From positions 22,051 through 86,050 of the IMG/VR virus record IMGVR_UViG_3300037312_001875: a DNA stretch of 64,000 nucleotides. One strand, written 5' to 3'. The translations under genes were made by a program, and so were the position numbers. Below the pieces are notes generated by a model that worked only from the letters and a program-made list of their open reading frames with translations, ran no database searches and was not told the DNA's origin. Source of the stretch: a virus. Its lineage: Duplodnaviria; Caudoviricetes. Shown piece after piece: positions 33,001-43,255 of this stretch (position 1 is its first letter; each line of letters starts with the position of its first letter).

Positions 33001-35409
33001 ATGTCGTTCGATAAAGTTATCCCTTCAAGGATTTCGGAATACAAAATTTTCAATGTTTCATCGACGGATGAATTAATCAAAGAAGCTAGTGAAATAGATT
33101 TTCCGTCAGGCTTTGTCTATGATCCTGACTTTCTATATATGTGGGTCAGAATCGTGTCCGCGGGAGAGTTTTATGGGCCTAATAAGAACGGAGATTACTT
33201 TCCTGAGAGTGAGCTAGTTTCCTATTGGGAGACTTTTAGAGAAGCTCATCCTTTTAAAAATCATGAGAATAAGAATGTTGAAAATGCCATCGGAAAGATT
33301 ATCGATGTACGTTGGAATTCTCTTATGAAGTGCGTGGAAATCCTGAAAGGGATTGATAAGAAAAGAGCTCCAGAGGTTGCGAGAGGATTTCAAAAAGGCT
33401 ATTTAACTGACGTTTCGATGGGCTGTAAAGTTCCTTACACCGAGTGCAGCGTGTGCGGAAATCGGGCGAGAAAACGGTCAGAGTTCTGCGATCACGTAAG
33501 AAATCATCGTTTGCAATTTTTAGGGAACGGCGAACGAGTTTATGAGGTTAACTATAAACCACGCTTCCATGATTCTAGCACTGTATTAAATGGAGCTGAG
33601 CGTGTCGCAAAAGCGTTCTACATTATTGATACACCTCCGAAAGGTGTAAATGTTTCTTTCAATAAAGTAGCTTCATCAACAGGGGCTACCATTCACTATA
33701 TCCCTGTTTCGGAGGTTGAAATGGATAAAATCGCATCAGTACAAGAAACCATTCACCCGCTTTTAAAAGAAGAAGTATTGGAGAAAAGCGCATCTGCTTC
33801 TCCTATGATGAAAAAAATCGCCGAATTAGAAAAAGAACTGACAGGAAAGATTTTGAATGCAGTTAGTGAATCTAATAGCGGGAAAAATCCCCAAGCAAAA
33901 CCAATGCTGGAAGTAATTAAATTTTTAACGGACAAGCGAATGGATGAAAAATCTCTAAAAAAAATCGCTTTGTCGGTTAAGGAAGTAGCCAAGCAAAATA
34001 ACGTTCCGTTACCAAAAGCATTCAGCACCTTAATTGGCGTGGCTGAATTGTTGGGGATCGAGTTCTTTCCGAGTGAAATCCATACGCTTCTTAGCCACTT
34101 GACGGATGCAGGCTTAAATCGAGATTTGGATTTATCCGCTGGCGGTGAGGAACCTGTTTATCCGAGTGAGTATGCCAATGCGGTCCATAAAGCAGTTGCA
34201 GCCATAGAACCTGCACATGGATTTAACAGTCCATCGAGCCTATTTAGGATTTACGATGATGCTGCTCATAACGTAGGTGGATTAACGGAAAATCCGTTGT
34301 CTTTCCTTTCGTCATACTCAGATGATGACGATATGGATACTAGACCACCGGTTCATGTCATCCGAATCATAAAGAAAACGTTAAGCCCAATCATGGGGCT
34401 TAGAAGTCATCGTCCAGAACATCTGTATCCAAGACTTTCGGTCATCCTGGCTGGGCACAGACCAATCATCGGAAATAGTGATGTTCGTCGAGACTTAGGG
34501 ATTCTTTCTGAACCTTCCAGTGCAGGAGACCTATTAGGAAGGCTGGCATACGGTTTATATCAACAAATGAGACCGGAAATGACGGGAACGCGTTTAATCA
34601 AGTTTGCTGCAGAAGAATTAGATGGGTTGGAGAAAAAGGCATATGAATTTACTCCTCATATCGGTTACGTCAACAATAAACCGAAAATAGGATTGGGTTA
34701 CCGACAATTAGCGATGGGTGCGATTCCTCTGGCTTATGGTGCGAGTGCATTCCAAAAATCGCGCCGGGATCATGGAGGTTATTTGAGCGATGGACAGAAC
34801 TTCGTTGCCGATCATCCAGGCATGATTGCTCTTGGTGCTATTTTTGGCGGAAAACCAATTTCTAGAGCAGTAGTGAAATCCGGTAAAGGTGTTGCTTCTG
34901 CCGTTGGAAAAGGCATTGATGCAGTAAAATCTTCGTTTACCAAACAGGCGGATGAATTTTTATATGAAGAAATGGTAAAGGAAGCTTCGGCCGGTTCCTC
35001 TGGAGACTTCAATGTGTTCCAAGGAAACGAGGTCATGAAGCGCTATATGGATGAAACAGGAGCAAATTCAGAACAAGCGAGTGCGGTAAAGATGGCCACT
35101 CTTTTAACACTGGGAGGAATGGATAAAACGGCATTTGAGATTATGGACCATTACAACATTCCAAACCAAGAAAAAGGAAGATTGCTAAAAATTGCGATGG
35201 TTTACACAGATGAGCAATTGGAAAAGGCAGCCGAGGATTTCACGAACAACTTAATTCTTAGTGCATTCAGCGATACTTCTCCGTTAGCACCGACTTTACC
35301 AGGAAGAGCTATAGATGCTTTGATTTTCAAACAGCTCGGAAAGTTGGCTCAACCTAAACATCCTAATCAACCCCAACCCAATCAGCCGATGAAGGGAGAT
35401 TTAAACTAA
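33001..35409 (+). CDS. Prohead maturation protease (N-terminal) with Zn-finger and long KxA-rich extension
   Basis: GPNKNGDYF..KNHEN..AIGKIID..TDVSMGCKVPYTECSVCGN..FCDHV; first gene of the head operon. Confidence 0.7.
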   Translation: MSFDKVIPSRISEYKIFNVSSTDELIKEASEIDFPSGFVYDPDFLYMWVRIVSAGEFYGPNKNGDYFPESELVSYWETFREAHPFKNHENKNVENAIGKIIDVRWNSLMKCVEILKGIDKKRAPEVARGFQKGYLTDVSMGCKVPYTECSVCGNRARKRSEFCDHVRNHRLQFLGNGERVYEVNYKPRFHDSSTVLNGAERVAKAFYIIDTPPKGVNVSFNKVASSTGATIHYIPVSEVEMDKIASVQETIHPLLKEEVLEKSASASPMMKKIAELEKELTGKILNAVSESNSGKNPQAKPMLEVIKFLTDKRMDEKSLKKIALSVKEVAKQNNVPLPKAFSTLIGVAELLGIEFFPSEIHTLLSHLTDAGLNRDLDLSAGGEEPVYPSEYANAVHKAVAAIEPAHGFNSPSSLFRIYDDAAHNVGGLTENPLSFLSSYSDDDDMDTRPPVHVIRIIKKTLSPIMGLRSHRPEHLYPRLSVILAGHRPIIGNSDVRRDLGILSEPSSAGDLLGRLAYGLYQQMRPEMTGTRLIKFAAEELDGLEKKAYEFTPHIGYVNNKPKIGLGYRQLAMGAIPLAYGASAFQKSRRDHGGYLSDGQNFVADHPGMIALGAIFGGKPISRAVVKSGKGVASAVGKGIDAVKSSFTKQADEFLYEEMVKEASAGSSGDFNVFQGNEVMKRYMDETGANSEQASAVKMATLLTLGGMDKTAFEIMDHYNIPNQEKGRLLKIAMVYTDEQLEKAAEDFTNNLILSAFSDTSPLAPTLPGRAIDALIFKQLGKLAQPKHPNQPQPNQPMKGDLN

Positions 35410-36119
35410 TGATCAATCGATATTCCAATCAGAATCATGCGGTTCATCGAAAAGAAAATGATTTAGAGAAGATCGCCAGTGTTTATGACAAAATGAGCAT
35501 TTCCAATCGTGTAAAAGAGGAGAAGGAATTGTCTTTCTCTTCTCTACATCCTTTTGAATCTGAAGGTGTTCTTTCTATTATGAAAAAACAAGCGTCGGAA
35601 TTAGAAGAGTTAGAGATGGAGAAAAAAGCGAATCCTTTTGAGGTATTCGGAGGGGCAAAACATTATATTTCTTCCAAACTGGGTGTGGGAGATGATATGG
35701 CTCATAACCTTGCTTCTACTGTATTATCGAGAGCTCAAGACCTTTCAAACGTTTACGGCGGCAATGTCAATGATATGGTCACAGGGATTGTCGACAATAT
35801 GGATAAAAATGAAATCCACACTCGCTTAGGTGTGGTTCCAATGAGACCGATGAGTCCGCAAGAGACGGAAGATGCCGTGGAGCAACAACTGATGGCCGCA
35901 TTTCATTTATCTGCGGTAGATGTCGCTCATTACAAAAAAAATGTTATGGATCAGGCTCGTAACTTATCTGTCCTGCACAGACAAAATGAGATATCCGACA
36001 TTGCGGCTGCCATTATCAAAGTGTTAGTAACTCATCAGGACATTACATTGGTCAATAACATTTCATCATCTGCTGCACTTAAAAAAGAAGTTGAAGCGCA
36101 TTTGGCTCAAGGGCAGTAG
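35409..36119 (+). CDS. Putative internal head protein
   Basis: Position in the head operon; LEKIA, KKQA and MEKKA motifs. Confidence 0.55.
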   Translation: MINRYSNQNHAVHRKENDLEKIASVYDKMSISNRVKEEKELSFSSLHPFESEGVLSIMKKQASELEELEMEKKANPFEVFGGAKHYISSKLGVGDDMAHNLASTVLSRAQDLSNVYGGNVNDMVTGIVDNMDKNEIHTRLGVVPMRPMSPQETEDAVEQQLMAAFHLSAVDVAHYKKNVMDQARNLSVLHRQNEISDIAAAIIKVLVTHQDITLVNNISSSAALKKEVEAHLAQGQ

Positions 36120-36131
36120 GAGGGAACCGTC

Positions 36132-37340
36132 ATGGAAGAACAACGATTATTTGGTGATAAGCCTTTTATGGAAAAAGAGGCGTTGGAACTGAACCCTAGA
36201 GCCATCATAGGTGCGCTTAAAGGGGCAGGAAATCTGTTTAGAAGAACACCTAGAGAACCACAAGCAGGGGGAATGGGGAAATTCGTTCATAACGCAGGTG
36301 AATCTACCGTTAATCCTGAAAATGTGAGAATGTTCGATGAAGCAGAAGTGCAAGAAAGGGCGAGGAAAGAAAGTTTAAAGTCCGGAACGGGAAGCTTCGT
36401 TAGCGATGCTTTATTGGGAATCACCAAAAGAGTAGTGCCTAAAACAAAGGAACCGATTGAAAATTTTGTTGGCAAGGCAAAAGAAACGATTGAGGGATGG
36501 GATACAGCAGCTGGGAAAGTGCTATCAGGAAAAAACCCTGATTCTTTAAGGGGAAAATTATTCTCTTCTAAAGTGGGCCGACAAGTGGGAGAAATCACAG
36601 AAGATGGTTCGACAGATCCATTAATGAGGGAAGGAAGAAGACCGTCTTTGATTGCGCCTATCGAAAATACGGTAAAGGTAACGACGCCATTTTTGGCTAC
36701 CGCTTATGTTGCGGATAAGTTATATCCACCGAACAAACAACAAGAAAGCACCCTTCCCCCATACGAGGATAATTTGCAGAAGACATCTTATTTCGATGAG
36801 TCTTTCATGGAACAAATGGATAAAATCGCTTCCATGCAGAAGATTGCGGAATTGGAAGAATGCCTTAACCATGCTGAAACTGAGTTGGAAAAAGTGGCAA
36901 TGGAAAAGACAGCGGTGGAAAAAAGACTCGAAAACACCATAAGGGAAAAAGAATCGTTAGAAAAACGAGCAAGCCTAGCGGAAGAAAATCTACTGGAAAA
37001 AGTTGCGGAGTTCGAGGAACTTCGGTTAAGGACGATTGCGAAAGAACGCTCTAAGGTGGCTGTCGAACTAGCAGAACAGTTGTTAGAAGCTGGGATTGTC
37101 AAGCAAGCTCATTTAAATGATACAATCGACAATCTTATGGAGTGCGACGAAGGTACTATAAATATGTATTCTAATATGGTTAAAGAAGGAAAAAGACAGG
37201 ACGAAAGTCTTGAAAGTTTAGCATTTTTAAGCGAATATAAGAGTAATGATAAACTAGTCTCGAACTCTGATGGGACTTCTGTACTATCTAAAAGAGGTCA
37301 AACTATAGGGGAAGCGGCTAGGGATCTCAACAAACGATAA
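36132..37340 (+). CDS. Putative scaffolding/internal head protein
   Basis: Long C-terminal coiled coil; many EKxA motifs; lies upstream of the capsid genes. Confidence 0.6.
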   Translation: MEEQRLFGDKPFMEKEALELNPRAIIGALKGAGNLFRRTPREPQAGGMGKFVHNAGESTVNPENVRMFDEAEVQERARKESLKSGTGSFVSDALLGITKRVVPKTKEPIENFVGKAKETIEGWDTAAGKVLSGKNPDSLRGKLFSSKVGRQVGEITEDGSTDPLMREGRRPSLIAPIENTVKVTTPFLATAYVADKLYPPNKQQESTLPPYEDNLQKTSYFDESFMEQMDKIASMQKIAELEECLNHAETELEKVAMEKTAVEKRLENTIREKESLEKRASLAEENLLEKVAEFEELRLRTIAKERSKVAVELAEQLLEAGIVKQAHLNDTIDNLMECDEGTINMYSNMVKEGKRQDESLESLAFLSEYKSNDKLVSNSDGTSVLSKRGQTIGEAARDLNKR

Positions 37341-37361
37341 ATGACAAGGAGGAATAGACCG

Positions 37362-37805
37362 ATGGCTCTAGCGCAAACAAATTATTTCCAAAATGCTCAC
37401 AGACTCGATCGCCCAATTGCCGCTGCTGTTACAAACATTCAACCAGGACAGTTGTTCCAATTAAACGCAAACGGTGAATTCGAAGTAGCTGATGGTACTA
37501 AAAAAGCGTATCCAACACTTAACTCTCGTTTTCCAGGGCAAGGGTTAGGACGTCAAGGTGAAAGATTAGAAGGACGCGACGATGTAAGCCGTTCTGGACG
37601 TATCGCGGTTCTTAAAGGGAACTTTGAAATCGGTACTGACCAATACGATAAGACAAAAACATTCGCTTATGGCGCTCCAGTAGTACCAGGTGCAGGAGGA
37701 AAAGTAATTCCTTTTGTTGAGGGTACTCACAAAGTACAAAACATTGTAGGTCATGTAACCCATGTTCCGACTGACGCTAGCGATATGATCCGCTACGAAG
37801 GTTAA
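37362..37805 (+). CDS. Capsid decoration/cement protein
   Basis: Gly-rich beta protein (VADG, GRIAVLKGNFEIGTDQYD) directly before the MCP; AAGGAGG RBS. Confidence 0.65.
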   Translation: MALAQTNYFQNAHRLDRPIAAAVTNIQPGQLFQLNANGEFEVADGTKKAYPTLNSRFPGQGLGRQGERLEGRDDVSRSGRIAVLKGNFEIGTDQYDKTKTFAYGAPVVPGAGGKVIPFVEGTHKVQNIVGHVTHVPTDASDMIRYEG

Positions 37806-37835
37806 TAGATAAAAAGGGAAAAGGAGGAATATACA

Positions 37836-38753
37836 ATGCCAATGTCAACACCACGTATGAACGGTGAACTTCGTGAAGAAGAGTTAGAGCTTCGCGAACT
37901 TCTATCATCTCCAACCGGTTTTGAACGCTATGCGTCAGAAAAAATGCCGGAATTTATTCAAGTTGTACGAGATTACGAGGGCTTTGTCCGTGACGTTCTT
38001 ATGGTCACTGAAGTTACTCCCGAAGACCTTGTTCGTGTAGACGAAGAAGTATTTGTCGTTTACTCGAAAGACGTTGATGCAACAGCATCCGTTATCGCTC
38101 GTTACGGCGAAGCGCCTACTCTAATGGTTAAGGGTACTACCGTGAAGGTAACCTTCTTCCCGGTTACAACTCCACGCTTAACTATTACTCAGTGGGATCT
38201 CGACACTCAACCATACGATTTAATGCGTCGTACTCAAGAGAAGGCGGGCCAAGAGCTTTCTAAGTTAGAAGACAGAACTTTCTTAGATGCAATTGACGGC
38301 CTAATCGAATCTCCTGAAGCTGGTGGTAAGCAGCAAGTTACTCAAACTGAAACTGCTATCACTAAAGCTGGTATGTTAGCAATCAAGCAAATTTTCAGCC
38401 GTAACAACGTTGCGTTCTCATCTTATCTAATGCACCCAGCTACTTATGATAGCTTCCTATTATGGGGCGAGGCTGAATTAGATCAATTCACCCAACGCAC
38501 TGTCTTGGAAACTGGCCAGCTGCCTACGATTTGGGGTGGCTTGAAGATGATCACAGGTATGATGATTCCTGAAAACTACGTTTATGGTCTTGCTCCGAAG
38601 GAGATTCTAGGTCGTATGCCAATCCTTCGTGATGTGACGATTGACGTACAACGAATCCCTCAGACACAGGATAAGGAATTGTTGGCTTACGAGTACATCG
38701 GCATGTACATTCACAGCCATTTAGCGGTTTCTCGACTTGAACTTGCATCCTAA
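37836..38753 (+). CDS. Major capsid protein (HK97 fold)
   Basis: 305 aa; ELSKLEDRTFLDAI, YLMHPATY, MIPENYVYGL, YEYIGMYI patterns; followed by a strong terminator. Confidence 0.8.
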   Translation: MPMSTPRMNGELREEELELRELLSSPTGFERYASEKMPEFIQVVRDYEGFVRDVLMVTEVTPEDLVRVDEEVFVVYSKDVDATASVIARYGEAPTLMVKGTTVKVTFFPVTTPRLTITQWDLDTQPYDLMRRTQEKAGQELSKLEDRTFLDAIDGLIESPEAGGKQQVTQTETAITKAGMLAIKQIFSRNNVAFSSYLMHPATYDSFLLWGEAELDQFTQRTVLETGQLPTIWGGLKMITGMMIPENYVYGLAPKEILGRMPILRDVTIDVQRIPQTQDKELLAYEYIGMYIHSHLAVSRLELAS

Positions 38754-38807
38754 TAAAATATCATTCTAGTCCGCCGCCATTTGACTGGTACTAACGGCGG
38801 GTCAACC

Positions 38808-38840
38808 AAACGAGGCGGAACCTAATCCGCCTCGTTTTTT
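38808..38840 (+). terminator. Rho-independent terminator after the capsid gene
   Basis: AAACGAGGCGGA / TCCGCCTCGTTT plus T run. Confidence 0.85.
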
Positions 38841-38867
38841 AGTTAATAGAAAAGGAGAAGATTAATC

Positions 38868-39188
38868 ATGGCAAAAGACCTATGTTCATTAGTCATTGTG
38901 AATTTAAAAAACATTACGAGGATTGTCGGTAATAACATTGTTCCTGCAAAAGGCAGTACGTTAGTTCATTTTAGAGATTTAAACCAATTGAAGTTGGCTC
39001 TTAAATTGCAAGAGAATAATAGAATCGTGATTCAGTCAGAAATCCCTGCTGATCTCTTAGCAAAAGTTGATCCTGTCTTTTCTATGCAACAAGCGGTTGA
39101 GCCTGTTGTAGAAGAAACGCCGGTGGAAGAAGTACCAGTAGAAGAAGAAGTGAAACCGAAAAAGCCACGTACAAAGAAAAATCAATAA
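38868..39188 (+). CDS. Hypothetical head-associated protein
   Basis: 106 aa with an acidic Pro/Glu tail and basic C-terminus. Confidence 0.6.
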   Translation: MAKDLCSLVIVNLKNITRIVGNNIVPAKGSTLVHFRDLNQLKLALKLQENNRIVIQSEIPADLLAKVDPVFSMQQAVEPVVEETPVEEVPVEEEVKPKKPRTKKNQ

Positions 39189-39212
39189 GCAATAGAAGTG
39201 AGGTGTGTGGTG

Positions 39213-39662
39213 ATGGCTGTAACAACGGAACCGATGATCACCTATGTGAGACGATTCAGAGGGAAAATTCTGGACACCGACCCCATGTTAAATACGTTAA
39301 ACGATAGCAAATTAGAATTTACGGACGACCAAATTGCTGGGTGGATTGAAGAGGCTTGGTACTACATAAACGAATCTGCCCCTCCCACCCGATATAGCTT
39401 AGAACAGTTTCCAAGGACCGCCCTCCTTTTGGATGGCGCCATGATGATGATGATGGAGGCAAGAGGGCTATTGCATTTAAGAAACCAGATCAGTTACAGC
39501 GATGCTGGTTTTAGTGTAAACATGGACGATAAATCTGGAATGTATGCTCAATGGATGTCGAATAAAGCGAGTTTGTTTTTATCAGAACTCAAAGCCTTTA
39601 AAAGATCACGTCCTCCTGGGTTCATTGGAGTGGCTAGTCCTCTATCGTGGTGGCGTGTATGA
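39213..39662 (+). CDS. Head-tail adaptor (neck 1)
   Basis: Position; helical protein with ISYSDAGFSVN, typical of adaptors. Confidence 0.6.
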   Translation: MAVTTEPMITYVRRFRGKILDTDPMLNTLNDSKLEFTDDQIAGWIEEAWYYINESAPPTRYSLEQFPRTALLLDGAMMMMMEARGLLHLRNQISYSDAGFSVNMDDKSGMYAQWMSNKASLFLSELKAFKRSRPPGFIGVASPLSWWRV

Positions 39663-40402
39663 AAATATATGTTACCTCTTTAACCGAACTGTACATTGAA
39701 TGGTCTATTCAGGGAGAAGAATTTGAACTCTCAAGGTCGACCTCTCCTGATAGCGAATTTGAGCCTGTTGCCATCCATCACCCTCAACCATTTTTTGTGG
39801 ATTACGACGTTAATCTATTTGATGAAAATGTCCGATATTACTACAAAGTGACAGGGTTTATTGATGGAAAAAAGGTAGCAGAAGATGGTCCGGGAACACT
39901 AGAGTACAACTCTCGTGACAATGTGGCCAATAAAGTGATTCATGAATCCAAAGTCGTCCTTCGGATGATGAACAACCCGCCCGTTTACTTTTTGTTGAAG
40001 CGGAGAGTCGGCTATTCTTGCTCGGAATGTTGGAATCCTATCACGAAAAGAGTCAGTTATGCGAACTGTCCGGTTTGTAATGGAACGGGAATCATGGATG
40101 GATATCATGCTCCCATCCCATCAAGGGTATCTCAAGATGTATCACAACTGACAATGGCATCTGGGGAGATGGATAGTGATCGAGTGAGTTTATCACCCAT
40201 TCGGGCATGGACGACCAATACGCCTTTACTATATCCAGAGGACATATTAGTCGATGTATTGAACCAAAGGTACAAAATCATGAATGTCGCTCGAAGAACC
40301 CGCTCGAATTCGGTCATCCGTCAAATCATTGACTTGGCACCTTTGGATAAGGGTCATCCTTGTTATCAGGTGGAAGTGGATAGGACGGTGAAACCTGTAT
40401 GA
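39659..40402 (+). CDS. Neck/head-closure protein with Zn-finger
   Basis: CSECW..CPVCNGTG; follows the adaptor. Confidence 0.6.
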   Translation: MKIYVTSLTELYIEWSIQGEEFELSRSTSPDSEFEPVAIHHPQPFFVDYDVNLFDENVRYYYKVTGFIDGKKVAEDGPGTLEYNSRDNVANKVIHESKVVLRMMNNPPVYFLLKRRVGYSCSECWNPITKRVSYANCPVCNGTGIMDGYHAPIPSRVSQDVSQLTMASGEMDSDRVSLSPIRAWTTNTPLLYPEDILVDVLNQRYKIMNVARRTRSNSVIRQIIDLAPLDKGHPCYQVEVDRTVKPV

Positions 40403-41052
40403 GTGAGCGAACAATTTTCCCGGATTTAAAGTTATTTAAAAAGACCGTAACCGAACATTTCTTATTGTCATTGCAAGAGATTTATAGGATTCATCCGGTC
40501 TACCCCTATACCGATGACGAGTCTCCATATACCTCGATTCATATTAGTCCAACATACGCCAATATCACCTATGATAGCCTGCGCCCTCAGCTATTAGTGA
40601 AAGTGGGTCAGTATGATATGGCGTTACAAGATACACTTGGTAACAACTTATATGAAGAGATTAGAAATGATGACGATGTAATTGGGGGTTATCGCTCCCT
40701 TAAAAATCTATCGACGATGGTTACAGTTATGGTTCGAGCATTTGCGGAAGAGGAATCTTCGGATATTGCGGACGAATTAGCGGTTTTAGGTGTGTATGCA
40801 GCTCACCATATGTTTGCGCAAATGGGGCTGAATATCAGAGGCTCCTCTGTCTCTGAAACGGTTAAAGTGGACAATCAAAATGATTACTTTCAGACCAACG
40901 TTAATTTTCAAGTGGATGTTCCTTGGCAATTCACAACCGTTAATCGTTCGGGAGCTACTAATCCGGACTGGGAAACGACCATTCCAGAAGATTTTATAGG
41001 CGTGTATCGTATGCCGGGTGTGTATGTGCATCCTAAAAAACTAGTAAAATAG
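40399..41052 (+). CDS. Tail terminator/completion protein
   Basis: Position before the sheath gene; ATGA overlap. Confidence 0.55.
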   Translation: MSERTIFPDLKLFKKTVTEHFLLSLQEIYRIHPVYPYTDDESPYTSIHISPTYANITYDSLRPQLLVKVGQYDMALQDTLGNNLYEEIRNDDDVIGGYRSLKNLSTMVTVMVRAFAEEESSDIADELAVLGVYAAHHMFAQMGLNIRGSSVSETVKVDNQNDYFQTNVNFQVDVPWQFTTVNRSGATNPDWETTIPEDFIGVYRMPGVYVHPKKLVK

Positions 41053-41094
41053 TCTTATAAAAACAAGGTAATTGCATCTTTCATTTGGTGCATA

Positions 41095-41116
41095 AGTCCT
41101 ATAAAAGCTATAAAAT
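41095..41116 (+). promoter_or_regulatory. AGTCCTA half-operator followed by TAAAAT before the sheath gene
   Basis: AGTCCTA-N9-TAAAAT, the same spacing as at 63047-63068. Confidence 0.45.
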
Positions 41117-41149
41117 TAGATTAATAGTTGATTAAAGGAGGGAAAACGG

Positions 41150-42622
41150 ATGGCAAACAGTTATCGTGCACCGGGTGTGGACGTATTAATCGAGCGTCAA
41201 CAACTGGAGCAAAAGAGTACGGAAACAGCCTTTTTGCCTGTATATATTGGAACGGGTATTACTTCACGCGTTCGTAATATCAAAAAAACAGATGTTGAAG
41301 CTGATGTATCAGCTTTTCCAGTCGTCACGCTTACTTTTGAATTAACAGGTGATATAAACACTGATTTGTTCGAGGACACGAAATTTACTTTAGGCCAAGT
41401 CGTGGTATCTAGAGCGAGTGGCGGCGGTTCCGCTGTGGCATTAGAACCTTCGTCAGGGTATTCCGTTGAAAAGGATATTTCTTTTTCTGAAAGCGAAGGC
41501 GCTGCGACCTATGTGTTAAAAATCCTCGATGGTTCATTGTCAGCCGCTGATACGGCTTACGAACTAAATATTACAGCTGAAAATTCAGATGATGATTTCC
41601 AATTAAGATTAGTGGGTTCTGAAGATCGTTTCTTCTCGCAAGATCTATTTGGTCCAGTCATCCTTGAGGAGAATGGCAAGCAATTCTTTAATGATATTGC
41701 TATTGCTGTCGAGATTGCTTTCCGCATGAATGTTCCGAGCTTCTTCTACTTAGAAGTTCCTCGAAACTATGGGGAATTGCCAACAAAGGATGATTACTCT
41801 ACCGCCATTGAACAGGCTTATTACTACAACGATGCTTATCGGTTGGTCCCTTTAACCTTTGACCCAGAGGTGGCTAGTGCGTTAAACGGCTTTGTATCTG
41901 GTGTAAGTAACCCACTCGATAGGCGCGAAACGGTAGGATTCATTTCCTATGATCCAACCAACATCACTAAAATGAGTGATATTAATGAATTGGTTCAAAA
42001 AGTTGGCGGACTATCTACCTCTATTGACAACAAACGTATTTGTAATGTGTTTGGCGGAAGTTCTGTGGAGCTAACGATTAGTGGTGTTAGATACGAATTG
42101 CCACAATATTTCTTAGCGGCAGCGGTAGCTTCATTGGATGCAGTCGTAGGGCAGGTTGACCCTCTTTCATTAAGAGAAATTACCGTTTTCGATAAAATCA
42201 ATGGACCTCGATTCCGCCCGCGTGACTGGGATAAGTTGGCTCAAAAAGGGGTCTTCATCATCAAGAAAGACAATGATGGATCACCTGCGCAAATTCGCCA
42301 CCAACTTACTACTGCTATATCCAATGATGCAGCAGATCAAGAATATAGCGTAGTTAAAAATTTCGATGTGGTAACGAAGAAAATCCGAGACCGTTTTAAA
42401 CCATATGCCGGACAATACAATATCGAAGTTGGATATATTGAGAGATTGGAAGGTACGATGGCAACCGTCCGTCAGGAAATTATTGAAAACAAATTGGCTC
42501 GCAGTCTAACGGTTTTAACACCTTGGACAGTCAGTAATTCAGATGGACGAAATCTAGTCACTCGTTTGCAAATGGAACCGGTGTTCCCGGCCAATCATTT
42601 GGATGTTTACCTAGTAATTTAA
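41150..42622 (+). CDS. Contractile tail sheath protein
   Basis: N-terminal YRAPGVDV; C-terminal GVFII..IRHQLTT..EYSVVKNFD..PVFPANHLDV sheath pattern. Confidence 0.85.
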   Translation: MANSYRAPGVDVLIERQQLEQKSTETAFLPVYIGTGITSRVRNIKKTDVEADVSAFPVVTLTFELTGDINTDLFEDTKFTLGQVVVSRASGGGSAVALEPSSGYSVEKDISFSESEGAATYVLKILDGSLSAADTAYELNITAENSDDDFQLRLVGSEDRFFSQDLFGPVILEENGKQFFNDIAIAVEIAFRMNVPSFFYLEVPRNYGELPTKDDYSTAIEQAYYYNDAYRLVPLTFDPEVASALNGFVSGVSNPLDRRETVGFISYDPTNITKMSDINELVQKVGGLSTSIDNKRICNVFGGSSVELTISGVRYELPQYFLAAAVASLDAVVGQVDPLSLREITVFDKINGPRFRPRDWDKLAQKGVFIIKKDNDGSPAQIRHQLTTAISNDAADQEYSVVKNFDVVTKKIRDRFKPYAGQYNIEVGYIERLEGTMATVRQEIIENKLARSLTVLTPWTVSNSDGRNLVTRLQMEPVFPANHLDVYLVI

Positions 42623-42638
42623 AAGGGGGGGAGTATAA

Positions 42639-43214
42639 ATGGCTGAAACTATCACTGTCCCAAAATGGGACTATCATGACAAGAATATTCAGGGATCTAT
42701 CGCACAGAAGGATTTTACTCGTGCAGACAGGGTAATCATCTTCACTGCCCCTACGCCAATCCCGGGAGCTGCCAATGAAACGATGAAACCAATTGGTTTA
42801 ATTCAGGGCATGACTCACCAAGAACAAAAGCAATTGCAAATGTTCTTTGAGCTAGGTTCAGACAACGCTATGATTATTCCTGGATTAACGCAAGGTCAAA
42901 TCAGTTTGCAACGGATACTTTTGAACGGTGTGAACTTTATCAACGCCATCTATCACGGAGTGAATCTAAAGGAATTACGAGATGACCAGATTCTTAGATC
43001 CATTCGGGATATCAACGTGCCTTTTGACTTATTAATCGCTAAGTACGCCGTTAACGATAAGAACGCCTCTTCAACCGCAGTGGAAAGTACGCTGTTCCGC
43101 GGTTGTCAGTTAAGCTCCAGAAGTGAGTCCATCACGGCTGGAGGTGTGGTTGTAATGGAAAACGTGTCGTTACAATACGCATCGATTCCAAAAGTGACAT
43201 ATAAATTAAGCTAA
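42639..43214 (+). CDS. Tail tube protein
   Basis: Follows the sheath; IGLIQGM..LQMFFELGS..GQISLQR..VVMENVSLQY tube pattern. Confidence 0.8.
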   Translation: MAETITVPKWDYHDKNIQGSIAQKDFTRADRVIIFTAPTPIPGAANETMKPIGLIQGMTHQEQKQLQMFFELGSDNAMIIPGLTQGQISLQRILLNGVNFINAIYHGVNLKELRDDQILRSIRDINVPFDLLIAKYAVNDKNASSTAVESTLFRGCQLSSRSESITAGGVVVMENVSLQYASIPKVTYKLS

Positions 43215-43215
43215 G

Positions 43216-43244
43216 AAAAAAGGGAGAGCAATCTCTCTTTTTTT
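43216..43244 (+). terminator. Rho-independent terminator
   Basis: AAAAAAGGGAGAG-caat-CTCTCTTTTTT. Confidence 0.8.
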
Positions 43245-43255
43245 ATTTTTTGTTT

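Noticed and set aside
38771-38805. H-type pseudoknot after the capsid gene (CCGCCG/CGGCGG and TTGAC/GTCAA)
   Set aside because: Loop lengths (4 nt and 0 nt) make the two stems sterically incompatible; at most they are alternative hairpins.
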